A DNA stretch of 64,000 nucleotides, from positions 468 through 64,467 of the forward strand of contig JBGTGN010000032.1 in assembly GCA_041746715.1 (NCBI GenBank), read 5' to 3'. This stretch comes from Pirellulales bacterium. GTDB taxonomy: Bacteria; Planctomycetota; Planctomycetia; Pirellulales; UBA1268. Made by a program: the position numbers and the translations under genes. The notes beneath the pieces are model-generated. The model worked only from the letters and a program-made list of their open reading frames with translations, was not told where the DNA came from and did no database searches. Positions 47,414-58,980 of the stretch are shown one piece after another. Positions within the stretch are counted from its first letter, which is position 1. Every line of letters starts with the position of its first letter.

Positions 47414-48666
47414 GGTGCAGCCTGTGACACGGCCTGCTGTCGAAACACAAAGACGCCTCGCTTGTTGGCCACGACGATGTCGGAGGCACCGTCGCCGCTC
47501 ATGTCGGCCACGGTCACCTGGGTACCGACGCCGCTATCATCATCGATGAGGTGCGGCTTGAAGGTCACACGCCCGTCCCCGTCCCGCACCTGCTGAAACC
47601 AGTACAAAACCGGTGCAGCGTTTGGCTCGGGGTCACCCTTGGGGCCGTGCGCCCATCGCCGCTTCCCAGTCACGACGTCGGTGAGGCCGTCTCCGTCAAT
47701 GTCTGCCGCGGCGAGCGCGTGGAGTTGGCTGAAGCAAACGCCCTGTGGGCTGTCCTCAGGCGTGTCACCGAGAATGCGTTGCTCCGTAAACGAACCATCG
47801 ACCTCTTGGCGAAACCAGCCCAGGCCGTAGCCGTGGGCATCGTAGCTCGTCACCACGTCACTGCGGCCATCACCGTTGACATCAAGCACGAGCATCTGCG
47901 CGCCACCACGGCCTTTCTCTGGCCCGAATGGCACCGGATGAAACGGCCAGATCACCGCCTCGGTGGCATGCTCCGGCTGCTCGAACCAGCCGTCCTTCGT
48001 AACGAGATCGATCCGACCATCGCCGTTGATGTCACCAGCACCCGCGCCGTGCGTGTAGCGAAAATACTTCTTGTCATTCTCCGGCGTGCGAGGAGTGATC
48101 GGGAAAAAGCGAGCCTTGCCGAGCGGTTCATCCCAGTCGATCTCGGCAAAGCCGAGGCGACCGCCGAGCTCAGGGCCACTCGACTGGCAGAACAGTTCCG
48201 GACGGCCGTCGCCCGTGATATCTACAAGACCTGGCGACTCCCCATCGGCCACGTCGAACACGGCATGCTTGGCCCACGGGCGGTCTTCACCCTGGGGGTT
48301 CACAAAAACCACGGCCGGCACGCCCGGCAGGTCGTAGACAAGGATGTCGTGCCAGCCATCGCCGTTGAAATCATGGGCAAACATGAGGAAATAATTGGAA
48401 TAGCCGCGGGCTGGGTCATACGGGGTCTTCGCCGGACCTTTCGCATTTTCCCGTGGCGGCGTGTACTCCGTGCGGCGAGTGAAATCGGGCCCGTGCCAGA
48501 TGCCATTCCCAGCGGCAATATCTTGATGGCCGTCACGATCAAAGTCGGCCACGGCACAGCCTTCGGCGACGAACCGCTCGGTAATGACCTGCTTCTCGAA
48601 GTGCACCCCGTGGGCCGCCGCGGCCGACGTCACCAGTGTGGCAATCAAAAACAGTCTGGAAGCCAT
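47410..48666 (-). CDS. Exported FG-GAP/VCBS repeat protein
   Basis: ATG 48666 starts a signal peptide [18 protein letters not shown]. Ca-binding-like loops recur: [60 protein letters not shown] and [10 protein letters not shown]. Confidence 0.82.
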   Translation of the reverse strand: MASRLFLIATLVTSAAAAHGVHFEKQVITERFVAEGCAVADFDRDGHQDIAAGNGIWHGPDFTRRTEYTPPRENAKGPAKTPYDPARGYSNYFLMFAHDFNGDGWHDILVYDLPGVPAVVFVNPQGEDRPWAKHAVFDVADGESPGLVDITGDGRPELFCQSSGPELGGRLGFAEIDWDEPLGKARFFPITPRTPENDKKYFRYTHGAGAGDINGDGRIDLVTKDGWFEQPEHATEAVIWPFHPVPFGPEKGRGGAQMLVLDVNGDGRSDVVTSYDAHGYGLGWFRQEVDGSFTEQRILGDTPEDSPQGVCFSQLHALAAADIDGDGLTDVVTGKRRWAHGPKGDPEPNAAPVLYWFQQVRDGDGRVTFKPHLIDDDSGVGTQVTVADMSGDGASDIVVANKRGVFVFRQQAVSQAAP

Positions 48667-48679
48667 GACATTCCCCGTT

Positions 48680-50605
48680 TCATCCGGCCTTCTTGGCTGG
48701 CGAGAGCTTCCCGCGAATCGCCTTCGCCGTCTTGGTGGCAGCCGCTTCGAGGCCCGGCATCGCGGCAGCCTCTTCAGCCACGGCAAGCGTTGCGGCACAC
48801 GGATACCGCACGAGGATCTCAAGTACAGCCTTGCGGTCGGCGTCATCTGTTGCCGCGGCCATCGCCTTGCGGCACATGGCAGCCCGCTCCTCCTCGGGGA
48901 GAACGAACTGGCGGGCAATCCTTATATAGCCACGAAGGGCCCGTGTCTTGAATCGGCCACCGGGCTCGGCGGTGGCAAGCTCGAGGAGCACAGGTGCTGC
49001 ATCGGCCGTCATCCACTTGCCCAGGAGTCGTGTCGCGGCATCCTCGAGGGCATCCTCACCGGAGCGTGCCGCGGCAGCCATGGCCTGCACGGCCTTCGTG
49101 CCGCCCACCGCGCCGAGGATGTCGAGGAGCATCACCTTCGCCTCGGCCGGAGCCTTCTCGACCGCAGCAGCCAGCGTCGTAGCGCAGGCCTCGCGATCGG
49201 CCATCCGCACGCTTGCCTCACGGAGCGCCGTGCGAGCGGCTTCGCCTTCGACATCACTCTTCACGCGCGTGGCGGCGACCACGAGGACATCGAGATTACC
49301 GAGATCGACCGTGGTGCCAAGGGCAGCGAGGGCCGCCGTGCGAACCCTCTCATCGCGATGATTCACGAGAGGAAGAACGACCGCAACGGCATCAATCCGC
49401 CGAAGGCCCACAAGCTCGAGGAGTGCCGGGAGCGACGCGTCGTCAGCCTCACTGAGACGCGTGGCGATGGCCCGATTGACCGCGTCGCCAGTCAGCGAGG
49501 AAACAGCCGCGCGGGCTGTGTCGGCGATGCCGGCATCGTCGTCAGATGCGGCGGTCAGGAGCGGCCCAATCACGGACGCCTCGCCGGTACGACCGAGCGC
49601 GTCGATCGCTGCCAGCCTGAGCGGCTTGGAGTTTTTGCCGCTGGCGATTCCTGAGAGCGCGGCAATGACCGCCTCACTCGCGTTCCCGGCATTTCGCTCC
49701 GCAATCACGTCGATCAGTATCAAGGCCCGCGGCACCGCCCCTCCGGCTATCGCCGCGTCGATCTCGGTGAGCAGTGCCTTGTCGAGCGCGGCGGCGAGGG
49801 ATGCATTGGCCGCGTCGCCCCGCCCCAGGTCACGAGCAGTGAACACGGCGATATTCACCATTCGCTTGTTCGTGGATCGCAGGGTCTCCATGAGAAGCGG
49901 AATCCCTGCGTGCCCCTGGGCGATGATCGTGCCGCGGATCGCCTCAGCCCGCCGTTGATCCGAAACGTTCGCAGCCCGCACGACGGCGTGCATCGCCACG
50001 GCCTCATCGGCGCGGCCTGCCGCGTGGAGGTTCGCCCCGCAGAGAACCGCAGCCCTCGCGATCGGATCGAGCCGCTCAGGCGATGGGGCTTTTTGGAGTG
50101 CCGCAACCAGAATCGCCGCCGCTTCGGGCGTGGCGATCTGACCGAGCGACCATGACGCACATGCAGCCACTTCCTCATTGGCATCAGCGATCTTCCCAGC
50201 AAGGAGTGGCACCGCCGCCACATCCTGCCGAACGCCGATCGACGTCAACACCCCCGCGAGGAGTCGCCCTTCGAGTGTGGCCGCCGCCTCGCGGAGCGCG
50301 GCTGATGCTTCAGGGCCCGGAATTGCCTCGAGCGGAATGCGGGCCCATGAAGCGAGCCGCGGGTTCGCAAGCAACGGTGCGAGGTCGGGCACCGCCGCAG
50401 CCGATCCGTTCACCGCCAGAAACTTGCAGGTGATCGCCTTCTCGGCTTCCGGGGCGTCACTTCGCAGCACGGCCACGAGATCAGCCTCGCTCGATCCTGG
50501 CCCGGGCGTGGCCGCGGCAGCAGCGCCCAGCATGACGCTTGCTACCACCGCGATACGAACGGAGGCCAAACTTAGAAAATAGTGCATCGACAAGGTGATT
50601 CTCAT
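48680..50605 (-). CDS. Exported HEAT-repeat protein
   Basis: ATG 50605 overlaps the upstream stop (ATGA). It has a signal-like N-terminus followed by Ala/Leu-rich helical repeats (AVPLLA..., ARAAV..., AIDALG...). Confidence 0.72.
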   Translation of the reverse strand: MRITLSMHYFLSLASVRIAVVASVMLGAAAAATPGPGSSEADLVAVLRSDAPEAEKAITCKFLAVNGSAAAVPDLAPLLANPRLASWARIPLEAIPGPEASAALREAAATLEGRLLAGVLTSIGVRQDVAAVPLLAGKIADANEEVAACASWSLGQIATPEAAAILVAALQKAPSPERLDPIARAAVLCGANLHAAGRADEAVAMHAVVRAANVSDQRRAEAIRGTIIAQGHAGIPLLMETLRSTNKRMVNIAVFTARDLGRGDAANASLAAALDKALLTEIDAAIAGGAVPRALILIDVIAERNAGNASEAVIAALSGIASGKNSKPLRLAAIDALGRTGEASVIGPLLTAASDDDAGIADTARAAVSSLTGDAVNRAIATRLSEADDASLPALLELVGLRRIDAVAVVLPLVNHRDERVRTAALAALGTTVDLGNLDVLVVAATRVKSDVEGEAARTALREASVRMADREACATTLAAAVEKAPAEAKVMLLDILGAVGGTKAVQAMAAAARSGEDALEDAATRLLGKWMTADAAPVLLELATAEPGGRFKTRALRGYIRIARQFVLPEEERAAMCRKAMAAATDDADRKAVLEILVRYPCAATLAVAEEAAAMPGLEAAATKTAKAIRGKLSPAKKAG

Positions 50606-51903
50606 GCGTGCCACGGCTCGCGCCGCGCCTCCGATCGGAGCCGATTGGCTGGCTCGTCGTTCACGAACGTAAAGGTCTCGAGGTCGAGCTTCACCGGCCG
50701 TCCGAGAGAGATCGCGATGTTCGCGGCGTGGCAGGCGAGATGGGCGTTGCAGGCAGCTTCGGCATTGCCCTTGGGCTTGCCGCGGGTCTTGACGCAGTCG
50801 AGGAAATCTCGAACGTGGCGAGTGGCGGGATAACCACCTACTTCTTCGATCTTCTGACCAGCAAGCAACTCCGGCGACGAGAGCACGAACTTGGCACTGT
50901 CGCCCGTTTCGATCCAGCCTTCGGTCCCCTCGAACCGCACAGGGCATGATCCGAGCGGGATCCAGCCCTTCTCACGAAACACGAGCTCGACACCGTCGTC
51001 GTAGCGGCAGACAAGCTGGCCATCTTGTGGCGGGGAGTAGTCCACCGGCGGTGGGCAGTCGTTGACAGCCCACTGGCAGAGATCGACGCAGTGCGAGCCC
51101 CACTCGAGCACGCCACCACCAACCATCCCGCCCCCCTTCTCGAAGTTGGCACCGTCCTTGAAGCTGCGGGCATGGAACGGTCGCCACGCGGCGGGACCGA
51201 GATACATATCCCAGTCGTCAATGGCTGCATCGGGGGCCGGTTCTTCCGGCAGCCAGCCGCTTGTCGACGCCTTCATGCCGCCGGGGTGGGCGTAGACACG
51301 AGTCAGCTTCCCGAGCCGACCGGTTCGGGCGAGCTCGCAGGCAAAGGCGAAGTGCGGCAGGTTCCGCCGCTGCGTCCCCGCTTGAAAAACGGTGCCGCAG
51401 CGAAGCATCGTGTCACGATGTACAAGTGTTTCTGCAATGTTCTTTGTGCAAGGCTTCTCGCAATAGATGTCCTTGCCCGCCTGCGCCGCATGCATGGACA
51501 TGAGCCCATGCCAATTGGGACCTGTGGCGATCAGGACGGCATCAATGTCGCCACGGTCAAGCAGTTCGCGGAAGTCGCGGTAGGTGGTGCAAGCGGTGGT
51601 GCCGTGATGCTTGTCGACCACTCCTTTCACATAGTTTCGCCGAGCCTCCTTTGCGTCGCAGACGGCCGCGAACTGGACGTCGGGCTGCTCGAGAAAGCTG
51701 GCGAGGTCGACCTGGCCACGACGGCCGATCCCTATCCCGCCCACGATGATCCGCTCGCTCGGTGGCACCACGCCGTCGAGGCCGAGAGCCGACGACGGAA
51801 TGATCGTCGGGGCAGCCACCACGGCGCCCAACGCGAGACCATTTTTTAGAAAGCATCGACGGCTCGATGAACGGCGACTCATTGACGCTGGTCTGCGGTT
51901 CAT
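50602..51903 (-). CDS. Gfo/Idh/MocA family oxidoreductase with twin-arginine signal
   Basis: It has the Tat motif SRRCFLKNGLALGA and a Rossmann GGIGIGRRG. The CEKP motif (IYCEKPCT) is typical of the family. Confidence 0.88.
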   Translation of the reverse strand: MNRRPASMSRRSSSRRCFLKNGLALGAVVAAPTIIPSSALGLDGVVPPSERIIVGGIGIGRRGQVDLASFLEQPDVQFAAVCDAKEARRNYVKGVVDKHHGTTACTTYRDFRELLDRGDIDAVLIATGPNWHGLMSMHAAQAGKDIYCEKPCTKNIAETLVHRDTMLRCGTVFQAGTQRRNLPHFAFACELARTGRLGKLTRVYAHPGGMKASTSGWLPEEPAPDAAIDDWDMYLGPAAWRPFHARSFKDGANFEKGGGMVGGGVLEWGSHCVDLCQWAVNDCPPPVDYSPPQDGQLVCRYDDGVELVFREKGWIPLGSCPVRFEGTEGWIETGDSAKFVLSSPELLAGQKIEEVGGYPATRHVRDFLDCVKTRGKPKGNAEAACNAHLACHAANIAISLGRPVKLDLETFTFVNDEPANRLRSEARREPWHA

Positions 51904-51941
51904 AGTGAAAGGCTCCTCGAGGATCGAGTGTGGCGTGGCAT

Positions 51942-51969
51942 GGTACCCGCCGATCTCGGCGGTTGTACC
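51942..51969 (-). terminator. GC-rich hairpin downstream of the SNF2 gene
   Basis: The sequence is GGTAC-CCGCCGA-tc-TCGGCGG-tt-GTACC, giving about 12 bp of stem 83 nt after the stop at 52052. There is no U-tract, so terminator function is uncertain. Confidence 0.35.
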
Positions 51970-52051
51970 ACGGGGCCAGACGAGACTCTAACGCGGCCTG
52001 CCGGCCGCAACCAACCAGCCCCCGGTCCCGTGTTCGCCAACACCGGCCTGG

Positions 52052-53814
<1,763 letters not shown>

Positions 53815-53818
<4 letters not shown>

Positions 53819-54336
53819 AGCCTCGCCGCCTCATCGAGCGCCGCGCGGATTCGCTCGAAGGGCTCGCAGAGATCGACAGCCGCTGCGAATGAAGCCAGCC
53901 GGGCCGCGATGTCTGCCGATCGATCGGCGTCGTCCGCATGAGGCCAGACAACGGCCCCGTTGAATGAGAGACCGTCGCACACCGAAGCGTCGAGGGGGCG
54001 ATCCTCGCGCCGCACGAGCGCCACTGGAAGACTCGTATGCGGCCGCACATGGAGCATGGTTTCGTTGTCAATCAGCACGACGGCCGGCGCCACCTTGCCT
54101 TCGGCCAGAAGGGCTCCCCCCACCTGCCTGCCGTGGAGGTGGCTGTCGAGCGATGCCCCGTAGAGTATCTGCTGTGCCCGCGACACCTTTACCGGCGCCG
54201 TGCAGTGAAACTCGATCGGCCTTCCGGCCGTGTCCACGACGAGGTAACCCCCAAACAGGCCATGCACCGGCGACTCGAGCGTCGTGAGGAATCCGAACGA
54301 CAGCTCTGCCGAGTCCCCGTTCGCCTGTTCCTGCAT
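53815..54336 (-). CDS. Hypothetical protein coupled to the SNF2 ATPase
   Basis: ATG 54336 lies 5 nt after GGAGG (54342-54346). It is 173 aa with protein-like composition (SFGFLTTLESPVHGLFGGYLVVDTAGRPIEFHCTAPVKVSRAQQILYGASL...). No family recognised. Confidence 0.55.
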
Positions 54337-54578
54337 TCGCCCCTCCGTCGCCCGGCGACAGCCATGTGCCACAGCGAGCTTGCCGCCCACCGCCGTGTCA
54401 TCCATCGGCGCGGTGGGTCAGCCGCTTGAGCCGCTCATCGAAGGCAGACCAAAACCTGGCAGCTTGGGAAACACCGGTCGAGGCTACCGGCGGCGGCGGG
54501 CATTCATGGAAATTCTTCCACCATCTGCCTACCATACGATCGGAAGAGTACGTCCCCTGCCTCCCGCGGAAATCAACG

Positions 54579-55049
54579 ATGAACGACGGTGGTTCCTTCT
54601 TCACCCAGGTCGATATCTCGGCCGGCACGGCCCTCTCGGGTCGTCCCACCGCCACGGGCAACCTTTCCGAGACGAACGGCCTCCTCCGGGAGCTTGTCGA
54701 GAACGCCCGCAAACAGAACGACATTCTTCTTGAAATTCTCTCGCAGGTTTCGCTTCAGCACCGCCAGCGGGTCGCCGAGTTGAAGGCCTGGAAAGAGTCG
54801 AATCCTCAACTCGCGAAGTCCTGCCGACAGGCGGCCGAGTCGCTCGGCCGCGTTCACACCGAGTTTCTTTCGAACATCGCCCAAGAGGCCGCCGACAACG
54901 CTGAGGATTTCTCGGACAGCGAATACGCCCTGGGAGAATTCATCGATCGCTACGGCCCGCGGCTCGCCCACTTCAACGGTGTGCTCCAACTCTTCGCGCA
55001 ACTCGGTGCTCCCCTTCCCCAGCCGCCCGGTCAAGCGTCCGAAGGCTGA
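54579..55049 (+). CDS. Hypothetical helical protein (first gene of the LuxE/LuxC-like operon)
   Basis: 156 aa from the first ATG. There is a strong G/C preference at third codon positions, and it is predicted mostly helical from heptad-like Leu/Glu/Gln patterns. No SD and no family recognised. Confidence 0.5.
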   Translation: MNDGGSFFTQVDISAGTALSGRPTATGNLSETNGLLRELVENARKQNDILLEILSQVSLQHRQRVAELKAWKESNPQLAKSCRQAAESLGRVHTEFLSNIAQEAADNAEDFSDSEYALGEFIDRYGPRLAHFNGVLQLFAQLGAPLPQPPGQASEG

Positions 55050-55073
55050 TTTTTCACGGATGCAAATCCCCTG

Positions 55074-56204
55074 ATGGCAACCGCTTCTTCCGCCACGCAG
55101 AAACCAGCGTTCGATGTTGCCACACCTGAGCAGGTTGGGGCAGCCAAGGCCGCCCTCGACGCACACACCGTCGAGATCGTGGCCTGGCACTTCCATGAGT
55201 CCACTGGCTGTCCTTTCTGGCTCGAGTATGCGAAGACGCTTTCGTTTGACCCCCTGAAAGAAGTTCACTCGTTCGACGACCTGAAAAAGTTTCCTCCGTT
55301 CGAAGATGAGTGGCTGCGTGGCGGTCCGGTTCGTCGGTGGGTGCCGAATGGTTTGGCCGACCAGCCCATGTATGTCTTCGAGACGGGCGGCACGACGGGC
55401 ACACCGAAATCCCGCGTGAACAGCCGCGACTTCCGCACCGACTATGAGATGTTCAGCGACACGCTTCCGGAGGAGTTTTTTCCCCGCGGAGCAAACTGGC
55501 TCATGCTCGGTCCATCTGGACCGAGGCGACTGCGGCTCTCGATCGAGCACCTCGCCCAGTATCGCGGCGGGATCAGCTTCTGTGTCGACCTCGATCCACG
55601 CTGGGTCATCAAGCTCATCCAGAAAGGCTGGATGGAGCACCTCGAGGCCTACAAGCAGCACTGCATCGACCAGGCCATCACGATCCTTGAGGCGGGTCAC
55701 GACGTCCGCTGCATGTTCACGACACCGAAGCTGCTCGAAGCCTTGGCGCTCGCGCTCGAGAAGCGAGGCACGACAATCCGGAAGACGGGCATCACCGGCA
55801 TCTTCTCGGGTGGCACGGAGTTCACTCCACAGTGGACCCGCTTCGCTGTCGAGGAACTCCTCGACGGTGCCTACATGACGCCCACCTACGGCAACACGCT
55901 TATGGGTCTGGCTGCCAGCCGCCCCGTGGTCCCAGCCGACGGCTACACGATCGCGTATTACGCCCCACAGCCGCGTGCCGTCATCGAGGTCGTTGATATG
56001 GACCAGCCCGACACGATCGTTCCCTACGGCGGCACGGGCCGCGTTCGCCTCACGACGCTCACCAAGGAAACCTTCATCCCTGGCTTCCTCGAACGCGACG
56101 AAGGTGAACGCGAACTGCCGTATGCCAAATACCCCTGGGACGGCGTCAGCGGCGTTCGCCCCTTCCGCGCGCTCGCCGGCTCGACCACCGTGGGCGTGTA
56201 CTGA
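55074..56204 (+). CDS. Adenylate-forming enzyme, LuxE (acyl-protein synthetase)/PaaK-like
   Basis: 376 aa. FDDLKKFPPF is followed by the phosphate-binding loop FETGGTTGTPKSRV and later GIFSGGTEF. Order and size match my memory of LuxE (IDDIPVFP...FTSSGTNGLKSQV...ITGGGWK). Confidence 0.68.
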   Translation: MATASSATQKPAFDVATPEQVGAAKAALDAHTVEIVAWHFHESTGCPFWLEYAKTLSFDPLKEVHSFDDLKKFPPFEDEWLRGGPVRRWVPNGLADQPMYVFETGGTTGTPKSRVNSRDFRTDYEMFSDTLPEEFFPRGANWLMLGPSGPRRLRLSIEHLAQYRGGISFCVDLDPRWVIKLIQKGWMEHLEAYKQHCIDQAITILEAGHDVRCMFTTPKLLEALALALEKRGTTIRKTGITGIFSGGTEFTPQWTRFAVEELLDGAYMTPTYGNTLMGLAASRPVVPADGYTIAYYAPQPRAVIEVVDMDQPDTIVPYGGTGRVRLTTLTKETFIPGFLERDEGERELPYAKYPWDGVSGVRPFRALAGSTTVGVY

Positions 56205-56226
56205 CTCCACGCTCGCCGGGAAGTGA

Positions 56227-56245
56227 GCGACGCATCCAGCGTCGC
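56227..56245 (+). other. Hairpin (7-bp stem, 5-nt loop) just after the LuxE-like gene
   Basis: The sequence is GCGACGC-atcca-GCGTCGC, starting 23 nt after the stop at 56204. Confidence 0.4.
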
Positions 56246-56371
56246 AGTCAACTGGTGAGTCACCTCACCGAAGTTGCCATCCATGGCCCCGGCTCACCGC
56301 AGAGGTGACTTCAAGCCGCCGCGAGGCCAGGCTGCTATCCTGAAAGCAGTTCACTCCGCGAGGTTGTCTCC

Positions 56372-57838
56372 ATGCATCTGCCCGCCTGGCGTTTTGGAAA
56401 ACCCTACGAGTCGCTCGAACGAGAGACGCTCGTTCACTTCCTCACCGGTGAACCAGTCGCCGAGGTGAGCCAGATCGGTGGCGGTTTGCTCGCCCGCGAT
56501 CTTCAAAAGGCAGCCAACGCCCGCCGAGCGCTCCTCGCCGTCGATCCAGAGACAATCGTGGAGCGGCTCCAGACAGCGGGCAATCTCTATGCCCACGGCA
56601 CCGTCACCGTGGGTGACACGCCGCAGTCGCCGGCGGACTTCGTGAGGCAGCAGTCGGCCACGACGGGGCTTCCCGAAAGCTTGTGTAGGGCCAACATGGA
56701 TAAAAACATGTTCGTGCTCTCGAACCTGGATCGGGTTCTCGACGCCCTTTCTCGCGGCCTCGATCCGAAGATCCTTTGGCACGGCTACGGGACCGAGCAC
56801 CGTGGCGTGACGGTGAGCTATCAGGCCCAGTCCCCCGTCCTCGGCCTCGTGCTCCCATCGAACTCACCTGGCGTCCACACGCTCTGGCTGCCAGTGATCG
56901 CTCTTGGCGTGGGGCTCGTGATGAAGCCCGGGAGCCAAGAGCCATGGACGCCCTACCGCATGGCCGCCTGCATGATCGAGGCGGGTATTCCGGCCGAGTC
57001 GATCGGCCTCTATCCCGGTGCAACGGATGTGGGCGCCGCCGTGCTCGCCAACTGCGGCCGCAGCATGATCTTTGGGTCTGCCAAGACCGTCGAGCAGTAT
57101 CGAGGCGACCCCCGCGTGCAGGTGCATGGGCCAGGCTTCTCCAAAATCATTCTTGGCGACGACTGCGTGGACGATTGGGAGCAGTCCCTCGACATGATGG
57201 TCGAAAGCGTGGCGATCAACAGTGGCCGCGGCTGCATCAACGCCTCAGCGATTTTTGCCAGCCGTCACACGAAAGCGATCGCGGCGGCTCTCGCCGAACG
57301 CCTCGGGCCCATCGAAGCCAAAACGCCCGACGACCCCGATGCCAAACTTGCCGCCTTTACGGTGCCTGGCGCCGCCAAGGCAATCTGGGGACAAATCGAG
57401 ACACTCATGAAGGCCACCGGCGTCACGCATGCGACGGAGCCGTATGGCCCGCGACTCGTCGAGCATGAGCGATGCGGCTGGCTCCGGCCGGTTGTCGCGC
57501 ATGCGGAATCACCAGAGCCTGAGATCGCGCGGGCCGAATACATGTTCCCATTCGTGACGGTTGTCGAATGCCCGCAGTCCAACATGCTCGAGGCCATCGG
57601 TCCGACGCTTGTCTGCTCCGCTATCACCGACGATGCCGATTTCCGCTCCCGGCTCATCGAAAGCACGCACATTGACCGGCTCAACCTCGGGGCCGTCCCG
57701 ACCACAAAGCTCGACTGGCTCCAGCCGCACGAAGGCAACATCATCGATTTTCTCTACCGGTCACGGGCGCTTCAGGTGGCGAACGGGATTCCGTCTCACG
57801 GGAATGCCTCCCCAGCCGCGGCCGGGTCTGTCCGATGA
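56372..57838 (+). CDS. Aldehyde dehydrogenase superfamily protein, LuxC (acyl-CoA/acyl-protein reductase)-like
   Basis: 488 aa. Motifs are LVLPSNSPG, VMKPGSQEP, HGPGFSKIIL, the catalytic-Cys context NSGRGCINASAIF and a C-terminal LQPHEGN. Size and motif order resemble LuxC. Confidence 0.72.
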   Translation: MHLPAWRFGKPYESLERETLVHFLTGEPVAEVSQIGGGLLARDLQKAANARRALLAVDPETIVERLQTAGNLYAHGTVTVGDTPQSPADFVRQQSATTGLPESLCRANMDKNMFVLSNLDRVLDALSRGLDPKILWHGYGTEHRGVTVSYQAQSPVLGLVLPSNSPGVHTLWLPVIALGVGLVMKPGSQEPWTPYRMAACMIEAGIPAESIGLYPGATDVGAAVLANCGRSMIFGSAKTVEQYRGDPRVQVHGPGFSKIILGDDCVDDWEQSLDMMVESVAINSGRGCINASAIFASRHTKAIAAALAERLGPIEAKTPDDPDAKLAAFTVPGAAKAIWGQIETLMKATGVTHATEPYGPRLVEHERCGWLRPVVAHAESPEPEIARAEYMFPFVTVVECPQSNMLEAIGPTLVCSAITDDADFRSRLIESTHIDRLNLGAVPTTKLDWLQPHEGNIIDFLYRSRALQVANGIPSHGNASPAAAGSVR

Positions 57839-58980
57839 CTCCCACCTTTGAGTTTCGCTCGGGGCCGCGGATCGTCGTGGGCCCCGGATCGCTCCGACGG
57901 CTGGGCGAACTGGCCAGCGAGTTCGGTGCGAAACGGGCGCTCATCACGAGTGATCCAGGGATCGTGGCAGCGGGCCATACGGCCGCGGGCGTCGCGGCGC
58001 TCGAGGCGGTCGGCATCACGACAGACGTGTTTTCCGAGTTTGGTGAGAACCCCACCACGACCGAAGTCGAGAGCGGCACCGCTTTCGCCCGTGAGTTTGG
58101 ACCTGACCTTCTCGTCGGCCTCGGCGGAGGTAGTTCGATGGATCTTGCCAAGGGAATCAATTTTCTCGTGTCCCGCGGCGGCCGCATGCAGGACTACCGA
58201 GGTCGCGGGACGGGGGCCGCGGCCATGCTCCCCTCGATCGCGGTTCCCACGACGGCAGGCACCGGCAGCGAAACGCAGTCGTTCGCCCTCATCACCGACG
58301 CCGAGACCGGTATGAAGATGGCGTGTGGTGATCCAGCGGCCGCCTTTCGTGCTGCGATCCTCGATGTGCACCTCACCCTCACGCAACCGGCGAAGGTCGC
58401 GGCCCTCACCGGCATCGACGCGGTCACGCATGCCGTCGAGAGTTTTGTGTCGACGGCGGCGACGCCAGTCTCGCGAATGCTTTCGCGGGAAGCCTGGCGA
58501 CTCCTCGCCACGTCCCTCCCTGAGGTGTTGTCACGCGGCAACGATGAGGATCGCCGTGCGAATGTCCAGCTTGGCGCCGCGTGGGCCGGCCTTGCCATCG
58601 AGAACGCCATGCTGGGCGCCGCGCACGCCATGGCCAATCCGTTGACTGCCGCGCACAGCGTGGTGCATGGTCAGGCTGTCGGCCTCGCGCTCCCGCATGT
58701 GGTGAGATTCAATGCCGCGGTCTGCGGTGATGCCTATGCCGAGCTGCTTACGGTCATCGGAATCGATGCCGACGCGCGCTCCGCAGGTGACCGGCTCGCT
58801 GACTGGCTTGAAGCACTCCTTAGCGCCGCGGGCTTACGTCGTTCGTTGTCATCGCACGGCATCACCGATCCCGATGTTGAGTCCCTCGCCAAGGCTGCGG
58901 CGACCCAGTGGACAGGCGGTTTCAACCCTCGCCCAGTTTCGGTGACTGACTGGCAGCATCTCTATGAGGTAGCACGATGA
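57835..58980 (+). CDS. Iron-containing (group III) alcohol dehydrogenase
   Basis: 381 aa. Motifs are GLGGGSSMDLAKG, AVPTTAGTGSE, GIDAVTHAVES and the His cluster AHAMANPL...HGQAV. The start overlaps the upstream stop (ATGA). Confidence 0.9.
   Translation: MTPTFEFRSGPRIVVGPGSLRRLGELASEFGAKRALITSDPGIVAAGHTAAGVAALEAVGITTDVFSEFGENPTTTEVESGTAFAREFGPDLLVGLGGGSSMDLAKGINFLVSRGGRMQDYRGRGTGAAAMLPSIAVPTTAGTGSETQSFALITDAETGMKMACGDPAAAFRAAILDVHLTLTQPAKVAALTGIDAVTHAVESFVSTAATPVSRMLSREAWRLLATSLPEVLSRGNDEDRRANVQLGAAWAGLAIENAMLGAAHAMANPLTAAHSVVHGQAVGLALPHVVRFNAAVCGDAYAELLTVIGIDADARSAGDRLADWLEALLSAAGLRRSLSSHGITDPDVESLAKAAATQWTGGFNPRPVSVTDWQHLYEVAR

Noticed and set aside
45704-47596. A 630-aa plus-strand ORF antisense to mnmG.
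   Set aside because: It is a mirror frame of a highly conserved gene, has low-complexity Arg/Gly-rich composition and no family signature.
54573-56210. A 545-aa minus-strand ORF antisense to the first two genes of the LuxE/LuxC-like operon.
   Set aside because: It is Arg/Gly/Glu-rich with no motifs. The plus-strand frames carry the adenylation loop and have coherent start/stop organisation.
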